Assembly: GCA_046583315.1 (NCBI GenBank)
Contig: JAYGCN010000343.1
Span: 1 to 64,000, forward strand
Source: Candidatus Hydrogenedentota bacterium
GTDB lineage: Bacteria > Hydrogenedentota > Hydrogenedentia > Hydrogenedentales > GCA-2746185
Direction of reading: 5' to 3'
Length of the DNA: 64,000 nucleotides
The translations under genes were made by a program, and so were the position numbers. Below, in pieces: positions 9,699-20,600 of this stretch (position 1 is its first letter; each line of letters starts with the position of its first letter). The notes under the pieces were generated by a model. It ran no database searches, was not told the DNA's origin, and saw only the letters and a list, made by a program, of their open reading frames with translations.

Positions 9699-11090
9699 AT
9701 GAACGTTTTTCTTCGAAGCACTCTGATTACGCTATTCGTGTCGTGCCTGAACCCGCAGTTGACGCTCGCTGCCGAAGTCTCGGGCCCGATTACTTCTTCG
9801 TCCTCGAGTGCCCCTTTTTCCGCGCCACTGTTTGATGTAACGGATCACGGATACGTCGTCGAAGAATTTTTCATTGACGGCAACGCGTATGCCTACGAAT
9901 TCAAAGGCTCCTCGACTCAAACAGCGGACGGTCGATGGTCTACCCGGCGGCGCGAGAAAACGGCTCCGTTTCGATCAAGAATTCTCGTGGTGCGACCCGC
10001 GAAGGCGGCCGATTTCAACGGAACCATAATCGTTCATTGGCAAAACGTGACCGCAGGCTTTGAATTGGGATCGGTGACCGAGGGCGAGTACTTGCGCGGC
10101 TACGCGTGGGTCGGCGTTTCCGCTCAAAAAATCGGCATCGACGGTTCTCCAGGTCCCGATGCAGCCGGACTCAAACAATGGGACGATAAACGCTACGGCT
10201 CACTCAACCATCCTGGTGATGCCTATTCCTATGACATCTTTACCCAGGCCGGTCGCGCGATAGGACCGGATCGGTCACGGACAGGCGTTGATCCGATGGG
10301 GGGCTTGGACGTAAAACGTTTGGTCGCAGCCGGAGCATCGCAGTCAGCGGGACGGTTGCGGACGTATATCAACGGTGTCCACCCGATTGAACAGGTCTTC
10401 GACGGATACATCCCTTACATTGACTTCGGATCGACGATTCCATTCGCCAGCGATTTCGACCAGCAAGGGCGTCGTCAACGCAACTCCACCGTCATTCGCG
10501 ACGATCTCGATGTGCCTGTCCTGGTGGTTAATTCGGAGACAGAAACTCTGGCCTACGTAACGGCGCGCCAACCCGACACCAGCACCTTTCGCTTTTGGGA
10601 AGTGGCCGGCACCTCGCACGTGTCCGTTCCCCGTGGTGAGAAACGGCCCGGACTCGAGTCGGCCAATTGGCTCTCTTTCCAGCCCGTTTACTCCGCGTCG
10701 CTCAGGCATATGCACCGTTGGCTCAAAGACGGTACCGAGCCACCAAGTATGCCCCGCATCGTTGTCGGTGAAAAAGATTCGCCCGGCGTGGAGCGTGATC
10801 AGCATGGCAATGCCCAGGGGGGAATCCGCCTACCCGACTTCGTCGTCGCGACATCCACGCACAGCGGTACCGGCAAGCGCACTCCTGGCGGCAATCGATT
10901 CTCCTTCCTGTATGGCAACGCAGAGGACTTCTCGGAAGATCAACTGGCCTCCCTCTACCCGACGCAGACCGGGTTCCTTCAGGCCTACGACGAAGCGCTG
11001 AAGAATTCGGTGGCCGAAGGGATGGTACTGGCTGAGGACGCGCCGAATCTCCGCAACGCTGCACAGGATTGGTCCGCAAAACTGAAGTAA
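9699..11090 (+). CDS. Secreted alpha/beta-hydrolase-domain protein
   Basis: AAGGAG RBS, signal peptide, FNGTIIV.WQNVTAG, GASQSA nucleophile elbow and WEVAGTSH. Confidence 0.8.
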   Translation: MNVFLRSTLITLFVSCLNPQLTLAAEVSGPITSSSSSAPFSAPLFDVTDHGYVVEEFFIDGNAYAYEFKGSSTQTADGRWSTRRREKTAPFRSRILVVRPAKAADFNGTIIVHWQNVTAGFELGSVTEGEYLRGYAWVGVSAQKIGIDGSPGPDAAGLKQWDDKRYGSLNHPGDAYSYDIFTQAGRAIGPDRSRTGVDPMGGLDVKRLVAAGASQSAGRLRTYINGVHPIEQVFDGYIPYIDFGSTIPFASDFDQQGRRQRNSTVIRDDLDVPVLVVNSETETLAYVTARQPDTSTFRFWEVAGTSHVSVPRGEKRPGLESANWLSFQPVYSASLRHMHRWLKDGTEPPSMPRIVVGEKDSPGVERDQHGNAQGGIRLPDFVVATSTHSGTGKRTPGGNRFSFLYGNAEDFSEDQLASLYPTQTGFLQAYDEALKNSVAEGMVLAEDAPNLRNAAQDWSAKLK

Positions 11091-11233
11091 CTGGCTATGC
11101 TAGAAACTCCCTCACGTTTCACGTTCTTTGTGTTATGTTCAGCCTACTCATCGTTTTAGTATTGGAGTCGAAAACCGAAGGTCGCATTCTTACACCCTCA
11201 ATCTTTCCATAAGAGGTCGAAAGGTCATCTAAA

Positions 11234-12514
11234 ATGAACTATAGAGTTGTCCTATGCCTAACACTGGCTTCCATTTCTATAACGGCATTTGCGGATTGGC
11301 CCAGGTTCAGAGGACCCAATGGTGCCGGTGTCAGCGACACGACCACCATACCCACGGAATGGACCGACGAAGATTACAACTGGCGTACCAATCTTCCCGG
11401 TGAAGGTCATAGTTCACCCGTCGTGGTTGGAAACAACATATTCGTCTTGTGTGGCGACCCATTCACCGCTGCCCGTCGTGTCGTTTGCGTCAATTCAGAG
11501 GACGGGAAAATCAGATGGACAAAAAGCTTTAAGTCTGCACTCCACTATATCCACAGATCCAATAACTACGCCTCGTCAACACCAGCAGCCGACACCGATG
11601 GTGTTGTGACGATCTGGACAACTCCAAAAACCTTTATCGTGACAGCGCTGGACAATGACGGCGAACAAATGTGGCAGCGCGACCTGGGTGAATACAAATC
11701 GGCATGGGGTGGATGCCCGTCTCCGATCATTGTCGACGATATGGTTATCATCCAGAACGATCAGATGGATCCGAAATTCATGAAGGATTTCCTTCCAGAA
11801 GGCGTTGCCGTCACAGAAGCTGGCCATAGCTACGCCGTCGCTCTCGATCGTTCAAGCGGAGAAACGCGTTGGATGGTCGACCGAAAGTCGATCATTGCAA
11901 GCTACGCGACACCGTGTGTACGCGAACTGGACAATGGCGAAAAGGAACTTGTTTTCGTCGGAGCCTATAATGGAATGACCGGAATTGATGTAAAAACAGG
12001 CAAGGTCAACTGGCTCGCGGAAGACACGTTTCCGAACCGGACGGTGATGTCACCCGTTCTCGCTGGTGATTTGATCATCGGCAGCTCAGGATTGGGCACT
12101 GTAGGAGACCGGCTTGTGGCCGTACGTCCTCCAGACGGCAAGAATGATAAACCCGAAGTCGCCTACCGCATCAAAAAATCCATCCCTTTAGTCCCCACAG
12201 CAGTGTACAAAGACGGCTTGATCTTCTTGACCTGTGAAAACGGATCCGTAAGCTGCGTGGACGCTGAAACAGGTGAATATTATTGGCGGGAACGCACGGG
12301 CGGAAAATTTTTGGGTTCACCTATTCTCATAGATGGACGTCTCTTCTGCGTTGATCGCCGCGGGGATATCTTCGTCCTCGCAGCCGGAAAAACCTTTGAA
12401 ATACTAGCACGCAACAGACTGGACGACGACAGCTATGCAACCCCGGCAGTTGCCAACGGATCGCTATACATTCGCACCGTATCACAGCTGCTATCCATCG
12501 GCGGGAAGAAGTAG
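11234..12514 (+). CDS. Secreted PQQ-like beta-propeller protein
   Basis: ADWPRFRGPNG, GHSSPVV, YASSTP and repeated blades. Confidence 0.85.
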   Translation: MNYRVVLCLTLASISITAFADWPRFRGPNGAGVSDTTTIPTEWTDEDYNWRTNLPGEGHSSPVVVGNNIFVLCGDPFTAARRVVCVNSEDGKIRWTKSFKSALHYIHRSNNYASSTPAADTDGVVTIWTTPKTFIVTALDNDGEQMWQRDLGEYKSAWGGCPSPIIVDDMVIIQNDQMDPKFMKDFLPEGVAVTEAGHSYAVALDRSSGETRWMVDRKSIIASYATPCVRELDNGEKELVFVGAYNGMTGIDVKTGKVNWLAEDTFPNRTVMSPVLAGDLIIGSSGLGTVGDRLVAVRPPDGKNDKPEVAYRIKKSIPLVPTAVYKDGLIFLTCENGSVSCVDAETGEYYWRERTGGKFLGSPILIDGRLFCVDRRGDIFVLAAGKTFEILARNRLDDDSYATPAVANGSLYIRTVSQLLSIGGKK

Positions 12515-12749
12515 GTTGGAAACGGTACTCGGAATGCGATCACGGGTAATCGCTTCAATAAACTGAGAATCAAAAAACAGAAGAGCAATGAATTCCGACG
12601 CAAAACCTGGCTCATAGTGGAACACTGAAGGCATCGGTGAAACATCTGGGCATCCACTACTCGACCACCTAAGGTCAAAAAACTCAAGCCGTAGGTCATA
12701 ACGTTGGCGATGTTGCCAAGGATGCCGTCAAACTGATATCTGTATAGTC

Positions 12750-14057
12750 ATGCGTATGATTCTAATGATAGTGGTGTTGAGTTGCTTCTCGTCGGAGGCA
12801 GAGGCTCAGGTCGTCGATGTGGCACCAGTCTGGGCTGGGCACCCGGTCGGATTTTGTCTCTTGACCCAACCGCCACACCAGTTCGTGGCGTTCTATGATG
12901 CCAATCGGCAGATGACCGTCGCGCAACGGACCCTCGACTCTACCGAGTGGACATTCACTTACCTTCCGGAGCACGTGGGTTGGGATTCTCACAATTCGAT
13001 AACGATGATCATCGACGACAGCGATCAGTTGCACCTCACAGGGAATATGCATGGCGATCCCTTAAAAAATTTTCGCACAACGCGGCCGCTTGACAGTAAA
13101 AGTTTTGAGCGTGTCGAGAGTATGGTCGGAGAAAACGAACAACGAGCCACCTATCCCCACTTTGTACGTGGTCCAGACGACCAATTACTCTTTACCTATC
13201 GGGATGGCGGCAGCGGAAACGGAAATCAAATCTGGAATGCCTATAACTTGGAGACCCAGCGCTGGAGTCGACTACTCGACAAACCTCTCGTGGATGGTCG
13301 TGGCAAGATGAATGCTTACTTCAATGGTCCTCTTCAGGGGCCCGATGGCTACTGGCACCTGAGTTGGGTCTGGCGCGATACACCGGACTGTGCGACCAAC
13401 CATGACCCAAGTTACGCCCGAAGTCGTGATTTGGTGCATTGGGAACGCAGTGATGGACCGCCTCTCCTACTTCCCATTACTTTTGAAACGGCCGAAATTG
13501 TCGATTCTGTGCCTTCCGGGGGCGGGGTGATCAATGGCAATGTGAGACTGGGCTTTGACGCTCAGAACCGCGTTACGGTGGCTTATCACAAGTACGACGA
13601 GAACGGATTCACGCAGACCTACCTTGCTCGACGTGAAAATGATGAATGGAAGAAATATCGCATCACGGACTGGGACTATCGCTGGAATTTCAGTGGAAAT
13701 GGTTCGATCGGAACATTTGAGGTCGGAGTGCACCCACTCGAAGTGGAGAACGGTCGTCCAGTGTTGGCCTGGCGGCACGCCAAATTCGGTTCCCAGCGAT
13801 GGCGACTGGATGCTGACACGCTCAAACCCGTTGAACGTCTGCCAAACCCGCCATCGAAGATCCCCGCGGAACTGAGAAAAGTTCGATCCACGTTTCCCGG
13901 AGTAGGCGTACGATTCAGAGACGATAGTGGTCGGGCGGAAAGCGATGGCGTAACATACGTTCTGCGCTGGGAAACGCTTGGGGCCAATCGCGACCGTCCG
14001 CGGGCGAAACCCTGGCCCGCCCCCAGCACACTTCAGGTCATCCGAATCCAAGAGTGA
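12750..14057 (+). CDS. BNR-repeat (BNR_4-like) secreted protein
   Basis: WDSHN, GNMHG, TYP.F, YRDGGSGNG, WVWRDTPDC.TNHD and YARS.DL..W Asp-box. Confidence 0.8.
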   Translation: MRMILMIVVLSCFSSEAEAQVVDVAPVWAGHPVGFCLLTQPPHQFVAFYDANRQMTVAQRTLDSTEWTFTYLPEHVGWDSHNSITMIIDDSDQLHLTGNMHGDPLKNFRTTRPLDSKSFERVESMVGENEQRATYPHFVRGPDDQLLFTYRDGGSGNGNQIWNAYNLETQRWSRLLDKPLVDGRGKMNAYFNGPLQGPDGYWHLSWVWRDTPDCATNHDPSYARSRDLVHWERSDGPPLLLPITFETAEIVDSVPSGGGVINGNVRLGFDAQNRVTVAYHKYDENGFTQTYLARRENDEWKKYRITDWDYRWNFSGNGSIGTFEVGVHPLEVENGRPVLAWRHAKFGSQRWRLDADTLKPVERLPNPPSKIPAELRKVRSTFPGVGVRFRDDSGRAESDGVTYVLRWETLGANRDRPRAKPWPAPSTLQVIRIQE

Positions 14058-14175
14058 CAAGAGATAATCAAACTTACCGTCAACGATGAATACTGCTACG
14101 TCACCGCGCGAGATGAAAATCAACACCGTCGTTGAATCTGAAGCCAAAATGTTGTGCCCGGGCAAAGCCACCCGA

Positions 14176-15639
14176 CTAGAGGAGCGGACTCATGATTCGC
14201 AGCGCATTCTCGAGAAATTGTTCCTTGAACGAGCGCAGCTTCCAGGCTTCCGGGTCGAGTCGGTCGGAGTTATCGATGTAGGATTGTTGAAGGGCGCGAA
14301 GCTCTTCGGTGAAGACATCGTCATAAAAAAATAGCGCGACCTCGTAATTGAGCCATATGCTGCGCAGGTCCATATTCACGGTACCGAACATCGCTATCGA
14401 ATTATCCACGGTGATCGATTTCGTGTGCAACAAGCCTGTCTTGTACAAATAGATTTCAACGCCAAGCTCCAAAAGCTCATCATAATAGGATCGGCTGGCA
14501 TAGCGGGTGAGAATGGAATCCACCCGTTCAGGGAGTATGAGCGATACCTTGACCCCGCGACCCGCCGCGCCACGCAGGGCTCTGGAGATTGAATCATCCG
14601 GCACAAGATAAGGCGTCGTCAGCACGAGTTCGTCCATGGATGCATTGATTAATGCGAGCAGCATCTGCAAAATGCCATCCTCAACCCCTCCTGGACCCGA
14701 TGGGATGACCTGAATGTTCATCTTTCCGACCGGATCGGTGAGCTTGAGGCCTGCACTTTGGGCCACTTCCTGCGGCGATTCCCCGGTCTCCAGGACCCAG
14801 TCACCAAGCATCGTTTTCGCGAGCGGCACAACAACACAACCTTCAAGCCGCGTCATGGCATCGACCCACTCGCCTACACCCGAGTCCTGCTTGAAGAATC
14901 GAGGGTCAACCATATTCATGCTGCCACACCATCCTATCTCCCCGTCAATCACGACGATTTTGCGATGGAGTCGCAAATCCGTGCGCCCCACGAAGGTGCG
15001 GAAGAAACCGACGGGCAGTGCAGCCTGCAGTTGGACTCCGGCATCGCGCAACTGCTTGGGTTGTTGACCTCTCCACCACGGGCGGGCACCGAGGGCATCT
15101 ATCAATATTCTGCACGATACGCCCCGCTCTGCCGCGCGGATGAGCGCCAACAATACCTCATCAGCCGTGCCCCCTTCATTCCAAATGTAGAATTCCATCA
15201 GGATACTGGACTCGGCCGCATCCAAATCTTCAATAAGTGCCTGGAAAATCACATCGGTTTCGGAATACAACTTACAACGGCTGCCGTGAACTGCAGGACT
15301 GCCGACCAGATTGCGACCGAGCACATCCATGGCTCTCGCTGCCGGTACCTGCTGCGACCAGTCTATATCCAGCACGCCCTCCTGAATCTTAGTGGAGGCC
15401 ACATCCCTGCTGTCGCTCCGCAGCCTTCTGATTCTGGATTTGCGCTGATGGCCGATGCGCCGCTCTCCAATGAACAGGTAGAAAAGTACACCTGCGACAG
15501 GAAAAGCCGCAACAAGAAAAAGCCAGGCCAACGCGACTCCCGTAGCGGGTTTTCGCATAATCAAACGAACCGCAATGGTGGCCACGATGAGTGAATGCCC
15601 TATCGTGAACAGTGTCGACCCGTTAAAAATGAAATCCAT
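14176..15639 (-). CDS. cls: Cardiolipin synthase
   Basis: Two N-terminal TM helices and two HKD motifs (LHRKIVVIDG, LHTKSITVD). Confidence 0.92.
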   Translation of the reverse strand: MDFIFNGSTLFTIGHSLIVATIAVRLIMRKPATGVALAWLFLVAAFPVAGVLFYLFIGERRIGHQRKSRIRRLRSDSRDVASTKIQEGVLDIDWSQQVPAARAMDVLGRNLVGSPAVHGSRCKLYSETDVIFQALIEDLDAAESSILMEFYIWNEGGTADEVLLALIRAAERGVSCRILIDALGARPWWRGQQPKQLRDAGVQLQAALPVGFFRTFVGRTDLRLHRKIVVIDGEIGWCGSMNMVDPRFFKQDSGVGEWVDAMTRLEGCVVVPLAKTMLGDWVLETGESPQEVAQSAGLKLTDPVGKMNIQVIPSGPGGVEDGILQMLLALINASMDELVLTTPYLVPDDSISRALRGAAGRGVKVSLILPERVDSILTRYASRSYYDELLELGVEIYLYKTGLLHTKSITVDNSIAMFGTVNMDLRSIWLNYEVALFFYDDVFTEELRALQQSYIDNSDRLDPEAWKLRSFKEQFLENALRIMSPLL

Positions 15640-15914
15640 ACATCAGACCCTACTCTTGTTCCTGGCCGGATGGCAAGAATGAGCCTATCGCGAGTCTTAG
15701 TCCCGCGCTTGCGCCCCCATGTAGAATTCCTTGTTGTGATTGTCCGTTGGCAGATCGCTCGATCGGGAGAATACCGCCAAGGCGAACGGCAGCCGTGGCT
15801 AAAATTACCTTGTCCCTAAAAGATAAGCCAATTGTAAAATGAAGGGAAATATATTGGCAATACGAATGTTAGGGGTTTCATGTTATAGTCATCAGGGAAG
15901 ATGGTCAGATAACG

Positions 15915-16046
15915 ATGAAACTGACAGAAGTACAGGAAATTATTCTCGAAGGGAAATACCACCATTTTGATGGAGACATCGTTGACGCATTCTTGGAGAT
16001 TGAAGATCAATTTAAGCGCATTGCGGACGAATTTGCCGATGGCTGA
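15915..16046 (+). pseudogene. C-terminal remnant of an HD-GYP domain protein
   Basis: Manual translation MKLTEVQEIILEGKYHHFDGDIVDAFLEIEDQFKRIADEFADG* resembles the HD-GYP tail (I..G.G.HFDP..V.AF); no HD or GYP core upstream. Confidence 0.7.
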
Positions 16047-16090
16047 TCACTTTTCTGGAAGAGTCAGAATCGGCTCGACGTGATCCCCTG

Positions 16091-17527
16091 TTACTCGCTC
16101 TCCAGGTATTTGCGCAGGTATTCTTCCTTCGCCTCTGTGGCTTCTTTCATATCCACTTCACCATCGTCGTTGCGATCCATCGTCTCGAAAAACGGCGCGA
16201 AGGTTTCAGGGGTCTCTTCACGCTGCATTTTACCATCCTTGTTCCAGTCGTACATGACAATGACTGCCGTAAAGTCGATCGCGTCGCCCGTGCCAGTGAA
16301 ATTGTCGAAAAAAGTTTCGTAGTCGTCTGAATCGTTGATGAAGGAAATATAGCCGACCGACATTTCATCGGTTGTTGGATCGCCGTAGCGTACATCCACG
16401 GTCGGATCGGGATTAAACGGATTGTCCGATGAGTTGTCCCACGTCGTGGTAAAGGTCAGCTTCGTTCCCTTCGGCACACTCTTGTACTGCTTGTAGGTAT
16501 AGGCCGTTTGCCAATTGAAATCGTAGCGGGGCACCTCAAGAAGCACCTCGGAGCTACCATCCGGATACAGCACCTCGTATTTTGCCGCCTTGCCACGCAA
16601 ATGAAAGTGCGGCATATAGGAAATGATGCGCGAGGCATGCTTGAACGTGTAGGTCTGTTGCACGCTGTAATCCGACGCACCAGCCGGAATCACGAAATCG
16701 TAAAATCCGAGTTCGTTGCCCTGTAGTTTGTACTTTACGTCCGCAGGATCGTCGTAGAATTTCAATGCAACCATGGAGTGATCCCACATACCCGTGCCCG
16801 GCCCCGCTTCTTTATGATAGTGCATCTGCCAGGTAAGATCGTCTCCTTTCCTGAGCAACGCGCCGACCCCTTCAGGATAAATCGTGGCTTCATTGCCCGG
16901 CGCGATTCCTCCGAGAGGGATCGTGATGATGTGATGCACGGCGGAACTGCCTGGTCGAAATTCCACGGCCTTCATATAGCGATCCTCGGGCAGAAGTTCT
17001 TCCGTCATCGTCGTTTCCAGATAGACATACTCATCTTCTACGTCGTCTTTGACAAAATAGGGTTCATCAAACCGGACAATGAGATCAGGCTCGCCGATCG
17101 CCCATTCAGCAGAGGTTACGATTTTTTCAACAGTCGGTGCACGGGCGGCATCGCCACGTTTCGCACCCGTTTTCGCCCACGCCACGATGGTGTCAATTTC
17201 CGCCTGCGTCAGCGTCCGCTCGTTCTTGAACAATCCGTGTTGTTCCGGCGCGGCATGCCACGGCGGCATCTTGCGCGTCTCCACGGCGCGGGCCATCGCT
17301 TTGGCCCACGGTCGCGCCTCCGCGAAAGTTTCAAAGGCCATCGGAGCCACCATGCCGCCGAGATTGGCTCCATTCGGACGATGGCACACCTGGCAATTTT
17401 CCTGAATGATGGGAAGCACGTCGCGATAAAAGGTCGGCGCTGTAGCCGTTTGTGCGGCATGAGCTGGCGCGAGGGACTGTGCCAGGGCGACGATTGATAC
17501 GGCAATGGAAGGGCGAATGAGGCTCAT
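16091..17527 (-). CDS. Secreted heme c / copper type II monooxygenase-like / EF-hand protein
   Basis: Signal peptide, CQVCH heme motif, MPPW, VHH, QMHY, PHFHLRGK, DEM, and two EF-hand loops (DWNKDGKMQREE, DRNDDGEVDMKE). Confidence 0.8.
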   Translation of the reverse strand: MSLIRPSIAVSIVALAQSLAPAHAAQTATAPTFYRDVLPIIQENCQVCHRPNGANLGGMVAPMAFETFAEARPWAKAMARAVETRKMPPWHAAPEQHGLFKNERTLTQAEIDTIVAWAKTGAKRGDAARAPTVEKIVTSAEWAIGEPDLIVRFDEPYFVKDDVEDEYVYLETTMTEELLPEDRYMKAVEFRPGSSAVHHIITIPLGGIAPGNEATIYPEGVGALLRKGDDLTWQMHYHKEAGPGTGMWDHSMVALKFYDDPADVKYKLQGNELGFYDFVIPAGASDYSVQQTYTFKHASRIISYMPHFHLRGKAAKYEVLYPDGSSEVLLEVPRYDFNWQTAYTYKQYKSVPKGTKLTFTTTWDNSSDNPFNPDPTVDVRYGDPTTDEMSVGYISFINDSDDYETFFDNFTGTGDAIDFTAVIVMYDWNKDGKMQREETPETFAPFFETMDRNDDGEVDMKEATEAKEEYLRKYLESE

Positions 17528-17561
17528 TTCCATATTCCTTTTCGGTGGACTCTTTGTAACC

Positions 17562-17575
17562 TGTACGAATGTACA
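17562..17575. promoter_or_regulatory. Palindromic TetR-type operator candidate
   Basis: TGTAC-GAAT-GTACA inverted repeat about 35 nt upstream of the monooxygenase-like gene. Confidence 0.65.
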
Positions 17576-17689
17576 CTTTTTTGGCGAAAAAGTCAATATA
17601 TATTTTCGGATCAAATTCACATAAAATGGAGATATTAGCTAATAAATTGGCGATAATATTGTTTTCGGGGAAAATTTTAAGTATAGTTT

Positions 17690-17703
17690 AGAACAAACGA
17701 ACA
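17690..17703. promoter_or_regulatory. Second, degenerate operator candidate upstream of tetR
   Basis: The reverse complement TGTTCGTTTGTTCT aligns with TGTACGAATGTACA; it lies 16 nt before the tetR start. Confidence 0.5.
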
Positions 17704-17719
17704 GAAAGAAGGCGGTTTT

Positions 17720-18331
17720 GTGAGCACTCCACCCAAGCAGCAAACAGTCAGCAACAAGGCGGAACGGCGGCGCACTCAAATTTTGGAAGCGGCCATTCGT
17801 ATCGTACGAGACGGAGGAGTCGATTCGGTGACGGTCCGCAGCGTTGCGGCCGAAGCTGAGGTTCCGCTGGGGTCGCTGACCTACTACTTTGAGTCCCGCG
17901 AGGAACTGATCACGCTGGCTTTGCGCCATTACATGCACCGAATCGAGCAGCGGGTGGAAGAATTGGCGCACGACCGGCTCGGGCATCTCGATGATGACGC
18001 GCTGACCATTGACACGATTCTGGATGTGCTGGTGGAGACCGATGTTGCGCAAGATATGTGCGTGGTCGAATACGAAATGATTGTGTACGCCGCTCGAAAG
18101 GAAGAATTGATGCGGGAAGTTAGGGCCTATCGTCTCGGCTTTGAATCACAACTCGCGGAAGCCTTGGAGAAAGTCGGAGTACCCAAGCCGATTCTCGGAG
18201 CGCGCATGCTGCTGAACGTAGTCGATGGTTTCGATGTCGAGCGAATGATTCGGCCGGAAGACAGAGCAACCGATCTGCGTCAACGACTTGAATTGGCGAC
18301 CATCGGTTGGCTGACTGCAAAATCTGGATAA
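17720..18331 (+). CDS. TetR-family transcriptional regulator
   Basis: ILEAA...G...VTVRSVAAEAEVPLGSLTYYFESREEL HTH. Confidence 0.92.
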   Translation: MSTPPKQQTVSNKAERRRTQILEAAIRIVRDGGVDSVTVRSVAAEAEVPLGSLTYYFESREELITLALRHYMHRIEQRVEELAHDRLGHLDDDALTIDTILDVLVETDVAQDMCVVEYEMIVYAARKEELMREVRAYRLGFESQLAEALEKVGVPKPILGARMLLNVVDGFDVERMIRPEDRATDLRQRLELATIGWLTAKSG

Positions 18332-18342
18332 ATTGCTACCGA

Positions 18343-20224
18343 CTAATACACGACCGTGACCTCATTCGAGCAGACACTCGTTCCCGCGTCGCACACCTTG
18401 TAGGTATACGAACCCGGACCACTCAGCCGGTCGTTATATTTACCACCATTCGATCGAGTGACGATCAAGACACCGTTGCGGTAAATATAAACGTCTGTCG
18501 AGGTCGCTCCGGACCACTTCAGTTTAGCGGTCGTGCTGTTTCGCTGCCGCGCTATCCTCGGTGATTCCAAATGGACCGTCATCTGTCGCGACAGGATCTG
18601 TGTCGGAGAAACTGGATGTCAGATGAAGTTTTCCGTGGCCGTAGATTGGGTCCCAGCCGACGGCACCGGCATCTTCAGACATTGCGCGCAGAAGGGTTTC
18701 GATATCCCCTGCGGTACGCGACAAATCTTCGCTCATCAACAGTGCCGCAGCACCCGCGGTCGTCGGCGAGCTTAATGACGTGCCGTACGAAGCCTGACTG
18801 CCATAGGTCCAGCTGGTAGTGCCATCCGGCGCAATAATTTCGGGTTTTTGGCGACCGTCGTTCGTGGGGCCCTGGCTTGAGAAAGATTCGGGGGCATCAC
18901 TGCCATCCCAATTGGCCTGGTCAATCGCCGCAACACTGAAAGCACCGTCCGCGTTCGCCGGGTCCATCATACTGTTTTCGACCACGGCATGTTCAAGATT
19001 GTTGTAGAAACTGAATATCGTTAAGTCGAGACCAGCGGTCGGCCCCGAATAGGCATCGATGACAATGCTGTACGGATCAAAGCGAGTGTTGTAATTAAAC
19101 GCAACAACTTCAGAAGGTTCCTGAGTGCCTGTCTGTGAAGCCGTACTGGAGGCAATCGTTCTGCCTCGTCGGTCTACAATACGTAAGTCCAGATCGGTAA
19201 CGGAATTGCCATACTGATTCCAGTTGAGGAAAATATAGGTGACGCTGCTTGTGGTGGTGAGGCTGAGTTGTTCGTCAGCTCCACCGAACTCGAGGAAGTT
19301 GTCACCGTCCAGGTCAATCCAGCTACCGCGCCAGTGGCGTTGTGCGTTATTCCCTGCGGCAACGGCCCAGAATACACCGTCCGTGAATCGTGACTCGTCG
19401 ATGATACTGTTGATGGGGCCGGTGCCGTCATAGTAACTGGCGATCACCCATCCCACCGAGTGGTTGGCAATCGAAATGCCATTGTTCCGACAATAGTCGG
19501 CCGCGTTCTGCAGGTCGACCTCATCGCTGACCTTGAGGCAATAGAGAGATGCGCCGGGGGCCATGTCCATAACATGTTCGGCCACACCGACCCCGTGGGC
19601 GGTACCCGTTTCCAGGCCGCTTCCGCTAAAATCCACACCGGTCGTTCCCGCCGGAAGCTCACCCAAACCAATCGCGCTGGTCATACCGATGAAACCAAGA
19701 TCGATCACCGCCACTTTTACACCCGCACCGGTAATTCCGGAGAGTTGAACGTTTGCAGCGTCGGTAAGCGCAGGACTTTCGGAGACGTTCGGCCCCATGC
19801 TACTTTCTACAGCCGGAGTGGGGACGCGCGCTATTCTAATATCTGGATGACCCGCGAGCGTCCGTAGTGAACCGTAAGGTACAAGGACGCGCATAAAGGA
19901 ACGCGATACCGCATCCACCTGACCACCGCGGAGAAGCACTTCGCCCACATCGATGGATAAGGCACCCAGGGAATCGTTTGCTTCAAGAATAACGGCGAGA
20001 CGTCCGCCACTTCGCGAGGCGAGTCCATGTGAGCGCGCCGCTGATTGTGCGCCTGTAGCACCACGTTGACCAAAAGCTTCCGAGACCGAATTCAGCGGTC
20101 CGTCAAGTTTGGCATGGCCCGGATTCTTGTCCTGTGCGGCGGCACTAAAGGTAAACGAAAGCAAAAGGACAAGTGCTGAAACGGCACTCACTCGTCCAAG
20201 CGGTCTAATCGACGTAGATAACAA
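18343..20224 (-). pseudogene. Secreted S8 subtilase whose C-terminal domain is out of frame (frame break at about 18540)
   Basis: AAGGAG RBS and TTG at 20224; triad motifs VAVIDLG, HGVG and GTSLSSP; oxyanion region AAGN. The frame ends after PVATDDGPFGITED, while LKWSGATSTDVYIYRNG...YTYKVCDAGTSVCSNEVTV continues in another frame. The catalytic domain itself is uninterrupted. Confidence 0.75.
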
Positions 20225-20600
20225 GGTGTTGCTCCTTAACGCAGTGGTAATGAATACATGACATTCTACAGCCGATGACACGTTTGCCCAATATTCAGGA
20301 TTAGCCGAATACACGTATCATCGATAATTATGGGCATCTCTTCCACAATAATAATATACGCAAAGATCGATTCTGTCAAGAGATTACCTGGATTTCCCCT
20401 TCTCGTGCGGTTCGAGGTTCACTTGAAAAGAGGTGTCTTTCCTAAAACCCCAGGACATAGTATGTTTTTGGATGGCTAACCCCGTATCCCCTTTGCGAAG
20501 AGAAGCATTTGACTACAAAAGTCCTGAATCCCCTATTCGTGGACAAATTCGCAAGGTTTTTCAGAGAGTGCATTTCACCTAGACGGCTTCGATACAAAAA

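Noticed and set aside
12433..12699. 88-aa minus-strand ORF between two plus-strand genes
   Set aside because: It overlaps the upstream gene's 3' end and has no motif or clear RBS.
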